The notes: generated by a model not told the origin, from the sequence alone. Positions 17,906 to 25,997 are shown, numbered from the stretch's first letter. The stretch is DNA of 32,000 nucleotides from Akkermansia muciniphila ATCC BAA-835 (GCF_000020225.1 NC_010655.1:180001-212000); one strand, 5' to 3'. Numbers and translations are program-made.

Positions 17906-18706
17906 ATGCAATTCCATGTAGCAACCATGATCGGCCGCGCCGCTTTAAGGCTGGTTGACCGGTTGGGGTCAATCGGATTGCTGCTTTATCAAGTGGCTTC
18001 ATGCATGTGGTCCGGCCAATTCCGGATGCGCGTGCTTGTGGAGCAAATTGCAAAAATCGGGGTACAATCCCAGCCGGTGGTCATCATCACCGGCGCGTTC
18101 ACCGGCGCGGTGCTGGAAGCCCAGACACTATTCCAGCTTCAAACGGTGAGAATGGAAACCATGGGCGGGGCCGTCGTCGCCGTGGGCATGTTCCGGGAAC
18201 TGGGGCCCGTCATCACCGGGCTGATGCTTGCGGGGCGCGTCGGATCCGCCATGGCCGCGGAAATCGGCACCATGAAAGTCACGGAACAGGTGGATGCCCT
18301 TAAATCCATGAATGTGGATCCGGTAGACTACCTGGTGAAGCCGCGGATACAGGCCATGCTTATTTCCATGCCCATCCTGATGATGGAAGCCGTTCTGGTG
18401 GGCATCGCCTCCGCGTACATCGTCAGCGTCACCGCCTTTAACGTAGACCAGGCCTACTGGATGCACTTCATGAGCAAATTCGTCACCATGGGGGACATCA
18501 TCGTAGCCCTGGTCAAGGCTCTTGCTTTCGGCCTCATCATTTCCACCATCTCCTGCCGGGAGGGGCTGAACACCACGAACGGCGCCGTGGGCGTAGGCAA
18601 ATCCACCATGCAGGCCATGGTGTACGCTTCCGTGGCCCTGCTCATCGCCAACTTTATCCTGACCATGATCCTCAACTCTTTCTTCCCCATGGGATTCATG
18701 AGATAG
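17906..18706 (+). CDS. mlaE: MlaE-family ABC permease (phospholipid/lipid transport)
   Basis: A 266-aa polytopic protein with typical MlaE blocks: GVQSQPVVIITGAFTGAVL, RELGPVITGLMLAGRVGSAMAAEIGTMKVTEQVDAL, and the VDP..YLV.PR motif. Confidence 0.9.
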   Translation: MQFHVATMIGRAALRLVDRLGSIGLLLYQVASCMWSGQFRMRVLVEQIAKIGVQSQPVVIITGAFTGAVLEAQTLFQLQTVRMETMGGAVVAVGMFRELGPVITGLMLAGRVGSAMAAEIGTMKVTEQVDALKSMNVDPVDYLVKPRIQAMLISMPILMMEAVLVGIASAYIVSVTAFNVDQAYWMHFMSKFVTMGDIIVALVKALAFGLIISTISCREGLNTTNGAVGVGKSTMQAMVYASVALLIANFILTMILNSFFPMGFMR

Positions 18707-18721
18707 CCTTTCCCCTCCGCC

Positions 18722-19540
18722 ATGCAGCCATTCATCCGCGTCCATCAGCTCAGACAAAGCTTCGGCACCCAGAAAGTGCTGAAAGGCGTAAGCTTTGACG
18801 TGGGCAAGGGAGAACTGATGGCTTTAATAGGAGGTTCCGGAGCCGGGAAAAGCGTCATTCTGAAACATCTGGACGGCCTGATGGACCCCTTGGACGGCTA
18901 TGTGGAAATAGACGGCAGGCGCATCAGCGGCGCGCCGGAAAAAATCAGAAAGCAAATCCGCAGCAACATCGGATTCATGTTCCAGCAGGGAGCCTTATTC
19001 GATTCCTTGAGCGTGGGAGAAAACGTAGCCTTCCCCCTGCGGGAGGCGGGGATCAGGGATGAAAACGAACTGGACACCCGTATCTCAGCCGCTTTGGATT
19101 CCGTAGGACTGCTGGGACAACAGGAAAAAATGCCGGCCAGCCTCTCCGGCGGCATGATCAAGCGCGTCGCCGTAGCCAGGGCAATCATTACCACTCCGGA
19201 ATGCCTGCTCTATGACGAGCCCACCGCGGGCCTGGACCCCATTGTTACGGACAGCATCAGCTTCCTCATCCGGCAAATCTGCAAGGACAAAGGCATCACC
19301 ACCGTCATTGTCTCCCATGACATGCCCAGCGTGATCCGCATCGCGGACAAAATCGTCTATCTCAGAAACGGTGAGGTTTACTGGACGGGAACTCCGGAAG
19401 AACTGTTGCACTCCAAAGACGAAATCCTGCAAAAATTCCTGTACGGGGACTCCGGGGAAAACTGGGCAGCCCTGTCCGGCAAAAATGAAAACTTCCAACG
19501 GGTTCTGCTGGAACGGGCGGAACGGGAACGCAAACAATAA
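18722..19540 (+). CDS. mlaF: MlaF-family ABC ATPase
   Basis: Walker A GGSGAGKS, Q-loop, signature LSGGMIKRVAVARA, Walker B LLYDEPTAGLD and H-loop VSHD. It lies 15 nt after mlaE. Confidence 0.9.
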   Translation: MQPFIRVHQLRQSFGTQKVLKGVSFDVGKGELMALIGGSGAGKSVILKHLDGLMDPLDGYVEIDGRRISGAPEKIRKQIRSNIGFMFQQGALFDSLSVGENVAFPLREAGIRDENELDTRISAALDSVGLLGQQEKMPASLSGGMIKRVAVARAIITTPECLLYDEPTAGLDPIVTDSISFLIRQICKDKGITTVIVSHDMPSVIRIADKIVYLRNGEVYWTGTPEELLHSKDEILQKFLYGDSGENWAALSGKNENFQRVLLERAERERKQ

Positions 19541-19558
19541 CCATCTTGCCACAGAGCC

Positions 19559-20563
19559 ATGAAACAGAAACTTAAACCGGAAACCTGGGTAGGCATCTTT
19601 CTGATCGCCGGGATCCTGATGATTATCGGAGTCATCCTGGGATTCGGCAACATCAAAACATCCAAGGAGCAAACCTACCCCATCAACATCATTTTCAAAG
19701 ATGCGGCGGGGCTCATCAAGGATTCCCAGATACGCCTGGGCGGCGTCACGGTGGGGAAAGTCACCAAAGCCCCTGAACTCCTGCCTTCCGGCAATGAAGT
19801 CATGCTGGAAGCCAGCATTCAGAGCGACGTGAAAATCCAGCAAGGGTCCGTCTTCCGGGTGGACATGCAGAACATCCTGGGCGACAAATACATCGATATC
19901 GTCCCTCCGGCCCAGCCCACGCATGAATACATCCTTCCCCATGCCACCATCATCGGTCAGCCGGAAAGCGATTTCAGCAAAATCAAAAACAATGCCGTGG
20001 GCGCCACAGAGGAAATCCTGAAAATCCTCAAGCAAATCGAGAAAAATTCGGACAACATTGACGACGCCATCCTCAATATCGGAGAGGCGGCCAAAGGGCT
20101 GGCCCAGACGACCAGGCTGATCAACGAGGGCATCCTGAACCGGGAGAACATCCAGAACCTCGGCAGCGTACTGTCTCAAATAAACCGGGCGGGAGAACAG
20201 CTCCCCGGCCTCATGGAAGAAACGCGCTCCTCGGTCGCGGCCATGAAAGACACCGTCCGGGATGCCCGCAAACTCATTGCCGGAGCTGAAGAAAAGCTCA
20301 ACACTCTGGACCCCGCCGTCAAGGCAATCCCCCCTACGCTGGCCGCTCTGAGGAAAGCATCTGAACAAATCTCCTCCTTCACGGCTGATGCACGTAAAAA
20401 CCAGGGCTTTCTTGGGCTGCTTATGTACGATGCTCGCTTCCGGGCCAACGCTCAGGAATTCATCCGCAATCTGAGGGATTACGGCATTCTGAGGTACCGG
20501 AATCCTAACGAACCCCAAGTCAAACCGGACCCCCGCGGCGGTTTTTCAGGAAGCCGCCGCTGA
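19559..20563 (+). CDS. mlaD: MlaD/MCE-domain substrate-binding protein with a long helical C-terminal extension
   Basis: An N-terminal TM (WVGIFLIAGILMIIGVILGF) is followed by a single MCE domain (GLIKDSQIRLGGVTVGKV...ILGDKYIDIVP) and about 200 aa of predicted coiled/helical sequence. Confidence 0.85.
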   Translation: MKQKLKPETWVGIFLIAGILMIIGVILGFGNIKTSKEQTYPINIIFKDAAGLIKDSQIRLGGVTVGKVTKAPELLPSGNEVMLEASIQSDVKIQQGSVFRVDMQNILGDKYIDIVPPAQPTHEYILPHATIIGQPESDFSKIKNNAVGATEEILKILKQIEKNSDNIDDAILNIGEAAKGLAQTTRLINEGILNRENIQNLGSVLSQINRAGEQLPGLMEETRSSVAAMKDTVRDARKLIAGAEEKLNTLDPAVKAIPPTLAALRKASEQISSFTADARKNQGFLGLLMYDARFRANAQEFIRNLRDYGILRYRNPNEPQVKPDPRGGFSGSRR

Positions 20564-20647
20564 GAGACCGCACAATTCCGGGTGAAGCCGCTTTACACAC
20601 TTGCCAATAGTGGGAAGCGTGCTAAATAATTTCCAATGTGAGAGGCG

Positions 20648-20672
20648 AAAACATGTAAGTCGACATGTTTTT
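20648..20672 (+). terminator. AT-rich hairpin + T-run after mlaD (weak terminator or leader structure of the next operon)
   Basis: A perfect 9-bp stem AAAACATGT (20648-20656) / ACATGTTTT (20663-20671) encloses a 6-nt loop and continues into TTTTT. The low-GC stem lowers my confidence. Confidence 0.4.
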
Positions 20673-20706
20673 CAACAGGAACCAACCCTTAATACTCTAA
20701 TCAACC

Positions 20707-21033
20707 ATGCAAGACAACCAAACCGAACTTGAAACGACCGCAGCAGCAAACGACACTTCCTGCTCCTGCCCTTCCGCCCGCGAGCTTGCCGTCACCAGAT
20801 TTCAACAGGCCAGGGCTTTCGCCGCAGCTAAAGTAAACCAAATCCGCAAGGCGGCTACGGAACAGGCCAGCACCATCTGCGACTACGCCCAGGAAAAGGG
20901 AGAAGTCATCCGTGACAAGGCCAAGAAGTTCCACGAAGCAGGCGAAGAATACGTGAAGGAAAAGCCCACCCAGTCCGTGCTGATTGCCATGGGCGTGGGC
21001 CTTCTCATCGGTCTGCTTATCCGCCGTCGTTAA
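20707..21033 (+). CDS. DUF883 (ElaB/YqjD/YgaM-like) C-tail-anchored membrane protein
   Basis: A 108-aa protein whose helical body ends in the family-typical EKPTQSVLIAMGVGLLIGLLIRRR tail anchor. Confidence 0.75.
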   Translation: MQDNQTELETTAAANDTSCSCPSARELAVTRFQQARAFAAAKVNQIRKAATEQASTICDYAQEKGEVIRDKAKKFHEAGEEYVKEKPTQSVLIAMGVGLLIGLLIRRR

Positions 21034-21102
21034 CCCTCTCCCTTCATCCCGCGCCATGCGTGCCATGCGCATGGCGTCCTCCTTCCCCTTTCAAACCGAA
21101 CC

Positions 21103-21549
21103 ATGGGACTGATCGACAAACTCAAGCGAACCTTCGTCACCCCCCTTGTGGAGGAAAAGGAAGAAGGGATGGCCATGGTCCGGTCCCTCCGGGAAACCGG
21201 GACGGCAGCCCTGGCCCATGCGGAAGCCCTGGCCGCACTGCTCAAACTGGAACTGAAGGAAGCGTCCAACAGGCTGGGCAAAAAAACGGCCTTTCTCCTG
21301 ATGGGCGCCTTCATGGCCTTCTTCGGCTATCTATTTCTGTGGTGCCTTCTGACTGTGGTCATGGCGTATTTCTGGGGAATCATCGCTGGGCTTGCCGTAA
21401 CCACGGGCTTTCATCTCCTGGCCGCCGCAGCCGGGTTCATCCTTTTCAGCCGAACCCATGTAACGCCTATCGCTCCGGCGACGGCGGAAGAACTTAAAAC
21501 GGATTTATCATGTCTGCAAATGGCTCTCAAGAAAAGCTCGCACTCCTGA
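21103..21549 (+). CDS. YqjE-like (DUF1469 / holin-X superfamily III) two-TM membrane protein
   Basis: An amphipathic LLKLELKEASNRL segment is followed by two long TM helices and a T.EEL..D tail, the same layout as E. coli YqjE as I recall it. It lies directly after the DUF883 gene. Confidence 0.65.
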   Translation: MGLIDKLKRTFVTPLVEEKEEGMAMVRSLRETGTAALAHAEALAALLKLELKEASNRLGKKTAFLLMGAFMAFFGYLFLWCLLTVVMAYFWGIIAGLAVTTGFHLLAAAAGFILFSRTHVTPIAPATAEELKTDLSCLQMALKKSSHS

Positions 21550-21893
21550 TGCGGGTAGCTTCCTCCCGGCTGGACATCGTCAATGAGGCGGACAGCCTGG
21601 TGCAAAAGACACAGCAGCAGGCCGACCACTTCCGTAAATTGAAAAAAAAGGCCATGTCCCTGCCTGTAATCGGCTCTATTGTCGGAACGGTGGGAGGCGT
21701 TCTTCTCATCCGCATGTTTGCGGGGAAAAAAAGCAATCCGGCCCCTCCCCCGCAGCCGCGCACTTCCGGAAGCTGGGTTAATTCCTCCATCTTCCGTTTC
21801 ATCGTTGAAATTCTGATTACCCTGGCTTTCCCTTCCCTGAAAAAAATGGGGATCGGCCTGGCCGGCAAAAAATTCCTCAACCTGTTCAAATAA
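21510..21893 (+). CDS. YqjK-like small membrane protein; start uncertain (21510 with a 40-nt overlap, or ATG 21549 in a TGATG junction)
   Basis: The N-terminus KLALLMRVASSRLDIV resembles the YqjK opening (..AQLLSQIQQQRLDL). There is one central TM (LPVIGSIVGTVGGVLLI). This is the third gene of a yqjD-E-K-like order. Confidence 0.5.
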   Translation: MSANGSQEKLALLMRVASSRLDIVNEADSLVQKTQQQADHFRKLKKKAMSLPVIGSIVGTVGGVLLIRMFAGKKSNPAPPPQPRTSGSWVNSSIFRFIVEILITLAFPSLKKMGIGLAGKKFLNLFK

Positions 21894-22274
21894 CAGGCTT
21901 TTCAGGCCAATACAGCGGTTTTCTGCCACTTCTTGAAAAAGGTTCGGGAACTCCGCTGCCGTAAAAAATGGGGATGTTCCCGCGCCGTTAAATGAGAACC
22001 GCCCCATATCCTTCCCGTCTTCCAGGGAACAATAAATCATGCCTGGCGTAAAAAGCCGGCCTGCCGCGCCAGCCCCCCCGTTCCATCATCCTCCCCTTCC
22101 CCGGAAACAAACGCCCGCAGCTCTTCCGCAAAACTTCCCCTCTCGAAATTCCTCACCCGTCGCGGAACAGGGCAAAGCCGCTTTCACGGAAATCGGTACC
22201 CAGACATTTTTTGCTGGTCAAAAAAGCTCTGTTTTCGTTAGTATGCAGCTTTATCAGTTTGCTGCATTCACAAC

Positions 22275-23357
22275 ATGAGCGAATACATTTTGCCCCACGT
22301 CGACGGATATCTCAAACTTGGACAGGATTATGACTGTTCCGATATCCACCTTGCCGTCAACAGCCGTCCCACCTGGCGCCGGTTCGGCCAGCTTCTCCCC
22401 ATCTGGGAGGAAGCGCCCAATCTCACGCCCCAGGACACGGAAGTGCTGGCGAGGGGCTTTCTGGAAGACCCGGAATGGAACCGCCTTCAGCAACGGGGGG
22501 ACGTGGACTTCGCCTACGCCAATGACTTTGGCCGCTACCGCGCATCCGTGGTTAAACAGCGCCTGGGTTATGACATCTGCTTCCGCATCATCAACACGCG
22601 GGTGCGCACCATGGAGGAAATAGGCCTGCCGACAGAATACGTGGTGCCCCTCACCCGCTACACCAACGGTCTCATTTTAGTCACGGGCTCCGTAGGTTCC
22701 GGTAAATCCACCACGCTGGCCTCTATCGTGGATTTCATCAACCAGGACCGCCACGACCACATCATCACGCTTGAAGACCCCATCGAATACCTGATTCCCT
22801 CCAAAAACTGCCACGTCAACCAGCGTGAAGTGCATAAACATACGGAATCCTTCGCGCGGGCCCTCCGCGGAGCCCTCCGTGAAGACCCAGACGTCATCAT
22901 GGTGGGCGAAATGCGCGACCTGGAAACCATCTCCCTGGCGCTCACGGCGGCAGAAACCGGCCACCTGGTGCTCGGCACCCTGCATACGGGTTCCGCAGCC
23001 CGTACGGTGGACCGCGTGCTGGACGTCTTCCCGGTGGAACAACGCGACCAGATACGCATCATGGTCAGCGAATCCCTGCGCGGCATCATCTCCCAGCAGC
23101 TGGTTCCCAGAGCAGACGGCAACGGCCGCGCTCTAGCCATTGAAATGCTGGTTAATACGCCGGCTATCGCCAACTGCATCCGCGAAGGCAAGACATTCAT
23201 GATTCCCGGCTGCATCCAGACAGGGAAAGCCCAGGGCATGATCCTGATGGACGACTCGCTCCGGGCCCTGCACCAGGCGGGCCTCATCACCACGGAAGAC
23301 TGCATCTTCCGCGCGGAAGACAAAACCATCATGAAATCCTTCCTGGGAATCAAGTAA
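22275..23357 (+). CDS. pilT: type IV pilus retraction ATPase PilT (paralog 1)
   Basis: Walker A GSVGSGKSTT, Asp box ITLEDPIEY, Walker B VIMVGEMRD, His box GTLHTGSAA, and a PilT-type AIANCIREGK motif. Confidence 0.9.
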   Translation: MSEYILPHVDGYLKLGQDYDCSDIHLAVNSRPTWRRFGQLLPIWEEAPNLTPQDTEVLARGFLEDPEWNRLQQRGDVDFAYANDFGRYRASVVKQRLGYDICFRIINTRVRTMEEIGLPTEYVVPLTRYTNGLILVTGSVGSGKSTTLASIVDFINQDRHDHIITLEDPIEYLIPSKNCHVNQREVHKHTESFARALRGALREDPDVIMVGEMRDLETISLALTAAETGHLVLGTLHTGSAARTVDRVLDVFPVEQRDQIRIMVSESLRGIISQQLVPRADGNGRALAIEMLVNTPAIANCIREGKTFMIPGCIQTGKAQGMILMDDSLRALHQAGLITTEDCIFRAEDKTIMKSFLGIK

Positions 23358-23382
23358 CCTTTAATTTTGAAACACTCCTGTT

Positions 23383-24477
23383 ATGGCTGTCATCGACCAA
23401 TACTTCAAATACCTCGTAGAAGCGGGCGGTTCCGACCTTCACCTCAGCGAAGGCCAGCCTCCTAAAGTCCGCGTTAACGGGACCATCTCCGCCATCTCCG
23501 ACGAAAATCTGGAAGGCCAGGCGTTCAAAAACCTTCTCGCGGAAATATGCGATCCCCAGGCCTTCCAGAAATATCTGGAAGAAGGGGACCTGGACTTTGC
23601 CTATGAAATGGATGAAACATCCCGTTTCCGCTGCAACTACTTCAAGCAGCAGCACGGCCTGGGGGCTGTCTTCCGCCTCATTCCCACCAAAATAGCCACG
23701 CTGGAAGAACTGGGCGTGCCTACGGTCGTCAAGGAATTCGCCCATATGAGATCCGGCCTTGTACTGGTCACAGGGCCCACCGGCTCCGGTAAATCCACCA
23801 CGCTGGCCGCTATCATCGACTACATCAACAGCAACCAGGCGCGGCACATCATCACCGTGGAGGAACCTATCGAATTCGTCCATCCCAATAAAAAATCCAT
23901 CGTCACCCAGAGGGAAGTGCCTCTCCAGACGCCTTCCTTCGCAGACGGCCTCCGGGCTTCCCTTCGTGAAGACTCCGACATCGTGCTGGTGGGTGAAATG
24001 CGCGACCTGGAAACCATCTCCCTGGCGCTCACGGCGGCGGAAACCGGCCTTCTGGTATTCGGCACCCTGCACACGAACAACGCCAGCAAAACCATTGACC
24101 GTATCATTGACGTATTCCCGTCTGACCAGCAATCCCAGGTGCGCACCATGCTTGCGGGTTCCCTCCGCGGCGTCGTGGCGCAGCTCTTGATGAAGCGCAG
24201 CGACAAACCGGGGCGCGTAGCCGTCAATGAAATTCTCTTTGCCACGCCGGCCGTGGCGGCCATCATCCGTGAAGGCGCCACGCAGAAAATCCCTGACGTC
24301 ATCGTCGGCGGCAAGGCCATGGGCATGCAATTCATGGATGACGCCATCTGGCAAAAACTCCAACAGGGCATCGTCTCCCCGGAAGAAGCCTACATGAAGT
24401 GCATTGAAAAGAAGAGATTCCGCAACTTCCTTCCTCCGGAATCCGCCCGCCTGGCAGACTCCGGCGGCGGAAACTAA
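23383..24477 (+). CDS. pilT: type IV pilus retraction ATPase PilT/PilU (paralog 2)
   Basis: Walker A GPTGSGKSTT, ITVEEPIEF, IVLVGEMRD, GTLHTNNAS and AVAAIIREGA. It starts 25 nt after paralog 1. Confidence 0.9.
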   Translation: MAVIDQYFKYLVEAGGSDLHLSEGQPPKVRVNGTISAISDENLEGQAFKNLLAEICDPQAFQKYLEEGDLDFAYEMDETSRFRCNYFKQQHGLGAVFRLIPTKIATLEELGVPTVVKEFAHMRSGLVLVTGPTGSGKSTTLAAIIDYINSNQARHIITVEEPIEFVHPNKKSIVTQREVPLQTPSFADGLRASLREDSDIVLVGEMRDLETISLALTAAETGLLVFGTLHTNNASKTIDRIIDVFPSDQQSQVRTMLAGSLRGVVAQLLMKRSDKPGRVAVNEILFATPAVAAIIREGATQKIPDVIVGGKAMGMQFMDDAIWQKLQQGIVSPEEAYMKCIEKKRFRNFLPPESARLADSGGGN

Positions 24478-24501
24478 GCTCTTTGCCCTCCTTCTCCTGC
24501 C

Positions 24502-25575
24502 ATGTCTCCCACTGGAAAATTCACGCTCAGGCTTGTGATTTATGGAGCCTTCCTGCTCTATCTGGTGGGAGACTTGTTTGTCTGGCACGGCTTTCTGGCC
24601 GGCAGGATGGACGCGTACCTGAAACCGTTGCCGGGGCCGCCAGGAGACAACTCCGCCCGGATAGCGGAAGTGTACGGGGAACCCGTCACCGCCAACCAGC
24701 TTTCCCGAAGAATGACGGAACTGAAAATGCTGCGCCAGCCTCCCGTGCTGGATATGGAAGGCGGGATCAAACTTACTCATGAACTGGACATCCCCGGCGA
24801 CCTGGCTCCGCGGGCCAGGTATGACCTGATCGGCTCCTCCCTTCTGCGCCTGAAAACCAGCGTCAATGACCTCCAGCTCCCCAACCGCAACGCGGAAGCG
24901 GCACGCGCCGTGGAACAAATCCGGTCCCGTTTTGACGGAGACACGGAACAATACCTGAAAACCCTGCATGGTCAGAAATTGACGCAGGAACAATTTCAAA
25001 AAAAAATAGCGGCCAGGCTCAAACAGACGGAACAGCTCTACCGGGCAACCGCCCAGGCGGCGGAAGCGTCCGACGAAGACCTGAAAACCTACTACAACCT
25101 GATCCGGGACCAGCTCACCCCTCCTGATCTGCGGAAAACCAGGCACATCTTCCTGGCTACCCTGAACAGGGAAGAAGCCCAGGTCCGGCAAACCGCGGAA
25201 ACGCTGCTGGAGCGGCTGAAGGCAGGGGAATCCTTCTCCCGGCTCGCCAGGGAATTCAGTGAAGACGAACGTTCCGCTCCCGCAGGCGGGGAACTCGGCT
25301 GGATAAGCCCCGCCCGCGCCAAGGAAACCCTGGGTCTGGCGTTGGCAGACGTCCCGGACAACAGGCCGGTACTTCTCAAAAGCCGGTGGGGGTGGCACCT
25401 TGTGGAAGCATCCCCTGTCAAAAAAGGGAAAACGCCATCCTATGAAGAAGCGCTTCCGGCCCTGAGGGATGCAGCCCGGAGCCTCAGAAAAGCTCAAGCC
25501 GTGGGATTGTACATGGACGGCCTTTTTGAAGAAGCCCATCTCAGAAACCGCATTAAAAACAAGCAGGGCCGCTGA
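24502..25575 (+). CDS. membrane-anchored parvulin-type peptidyl-prolyl isomerase (PpiC/PpiD/PrsA-like)
   Basis: An N-terminal TM (LRLVIYGAFLLYLVGDLFVW) and a helical chaperone-like region precede the parvulin domain (TRHIFLA...GESFSRLAREFSED..SAPAGGELGWIS...WGWHLVE). Confidence 0.8.
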   Translation: MSPTGKFTLRLVIYGAFLLYLVGDLFVWHGFLAGRMDAYLKPLPGPPGDNSARIAEVYGEPVTANQLSRRMTELKMLRQPPVLDMEGGIKLTHELDIPGDLAPRARYDLIGSSLLRLKTSVNDLQLPNRNAEAARAVEQIRSRFDGDTEQYLKTLHGQKLTQEQFQKKIAARLKQTEQLYRATAQAAEASDEDLKTYYNLIRDQLTPPDLRKTRHIFLATLNREEAQVRQTAETLLERLKAGESFSRLAREFSEDERSAPAGGELGWISPARAKETLGLALADVPDNRPVLLKSRWGWHLVEASPVKKGKTPSYEEALPALRDAARSLRKAQAVGLYMDGLFEEAHLRNRIKNKQGR

Positions 25576-25773
25576 CGCCCCAATTCCGACAAACGGGCCT
25601 TCGCAAAAATCGGAAACATCAGGCCCGCCTGCCTTTACACCTGAACATTCCCGCAGGCCCTCCGGCTTCCAGACCGGGGCGTTCCTCCTTTCCCGTAAAA
25701 GCCGGGCGTTCCCGGAAATAGCCATCTTCCCTGCGGACGGCCTCCGGCAGTCATGAAACACCCGCACGAGATG

Positions 25774-25810
25774 AGGAAAGGCGGCATCTTTCTTCTTATT
25801 TGCCTTTCCT
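25774..25810. repeat. 9-bp perfect inverted repeat upstream of the tRNA
   Basis: AGGAAAGGC (25774-25782) pairs with GCCTTTCCT (25802-25810) across a 19-nt loop. No U-tract follows on either strand. Confidence 0.35.
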
Positions 25811-25822
25811 GACGAATTCCGC

Positions 25823-25851
25823 TTGCTTTCAAACGCGGGATGAACTAAATT
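25823..25851 (+). promoter_or_regulatory. sigma70-like promoter candidate for the tRNA
   Basis: TTGCTT (25823-25828), a 17-nt spacer, then TAAATT (25846-25851), 18 nt before the mature tRNA 5' end. The consensus for this phylum is not known to me. Confidence 0.25.
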
Positions 25852-25869
25852 CTTTCCGGTATTTCCCAC

Positions 25870-25945
25870 GGGGTATTAGCTCAGTTGGTAGAGCGTCTCG
25901 TTCGCAATGAGAAGGTCAGGGGTTCGAATCCCCTATACTCCACCA
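25870..25945 (+). tRNA. tRNA-Ala (anticodon CGC), CCA encoded
   Basis: Hand-folded cloverleaf: acceptor GGGGTAT/ATACTCC with the G3:U70 Ala identity pair, D-arm GCTC-AGTTGGTA-GAGC, anticodon arm TCTCG-TTCGCAA-TGAGA (anticodon CGC), variable AGGTC, T-arm AGGGG-TTCGAAT-CCCCT, discriminator A, then CCA. Confidence 0.93.
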
Positions 25946-25997
25946 TCCATCTCTCTTTCCCGCTACTGTTTTTTATTCGGGAATAACGGGTAGCCTT

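Noticed and set aside
22039-22278. A 79-codon Pro-rich ORF whose TGA overlaps the pilT ATG (ATGA), which looks like translational coupling.
   Set aside because: Its codon choice is unlike the confident genes, with many A/T-ending codons (gta, ctt, tct, cga, tca, ggt, aca, ttt, gtt, agt, tat). It has no TM, signal or motif, and the second half reads like a promoter or leader. The ATGA overlap is probably coincidental. Ribosome profiling could overturn this.
23350-25869. An 839-codon ORF on the minus strand spanning pilT paralog 2, the PPIase gene and the intergenic region up to the tRNA. It is by far the longest ORF in the track.
   Set aside because: It is codon-aligned antisense to both plus-strand genes (23383-23350 = 33 and 24502-23383 = 1119, both multiples of 3). 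In that register an antisense stop can arise only from the sense codons TTA, CTA or TCA, which these genes simply avoid. The translation is Arg/Gly/Phe/Pro-rich low-information sequence with no motifs, whereas the plus-strand products have unambiguous family signatures.
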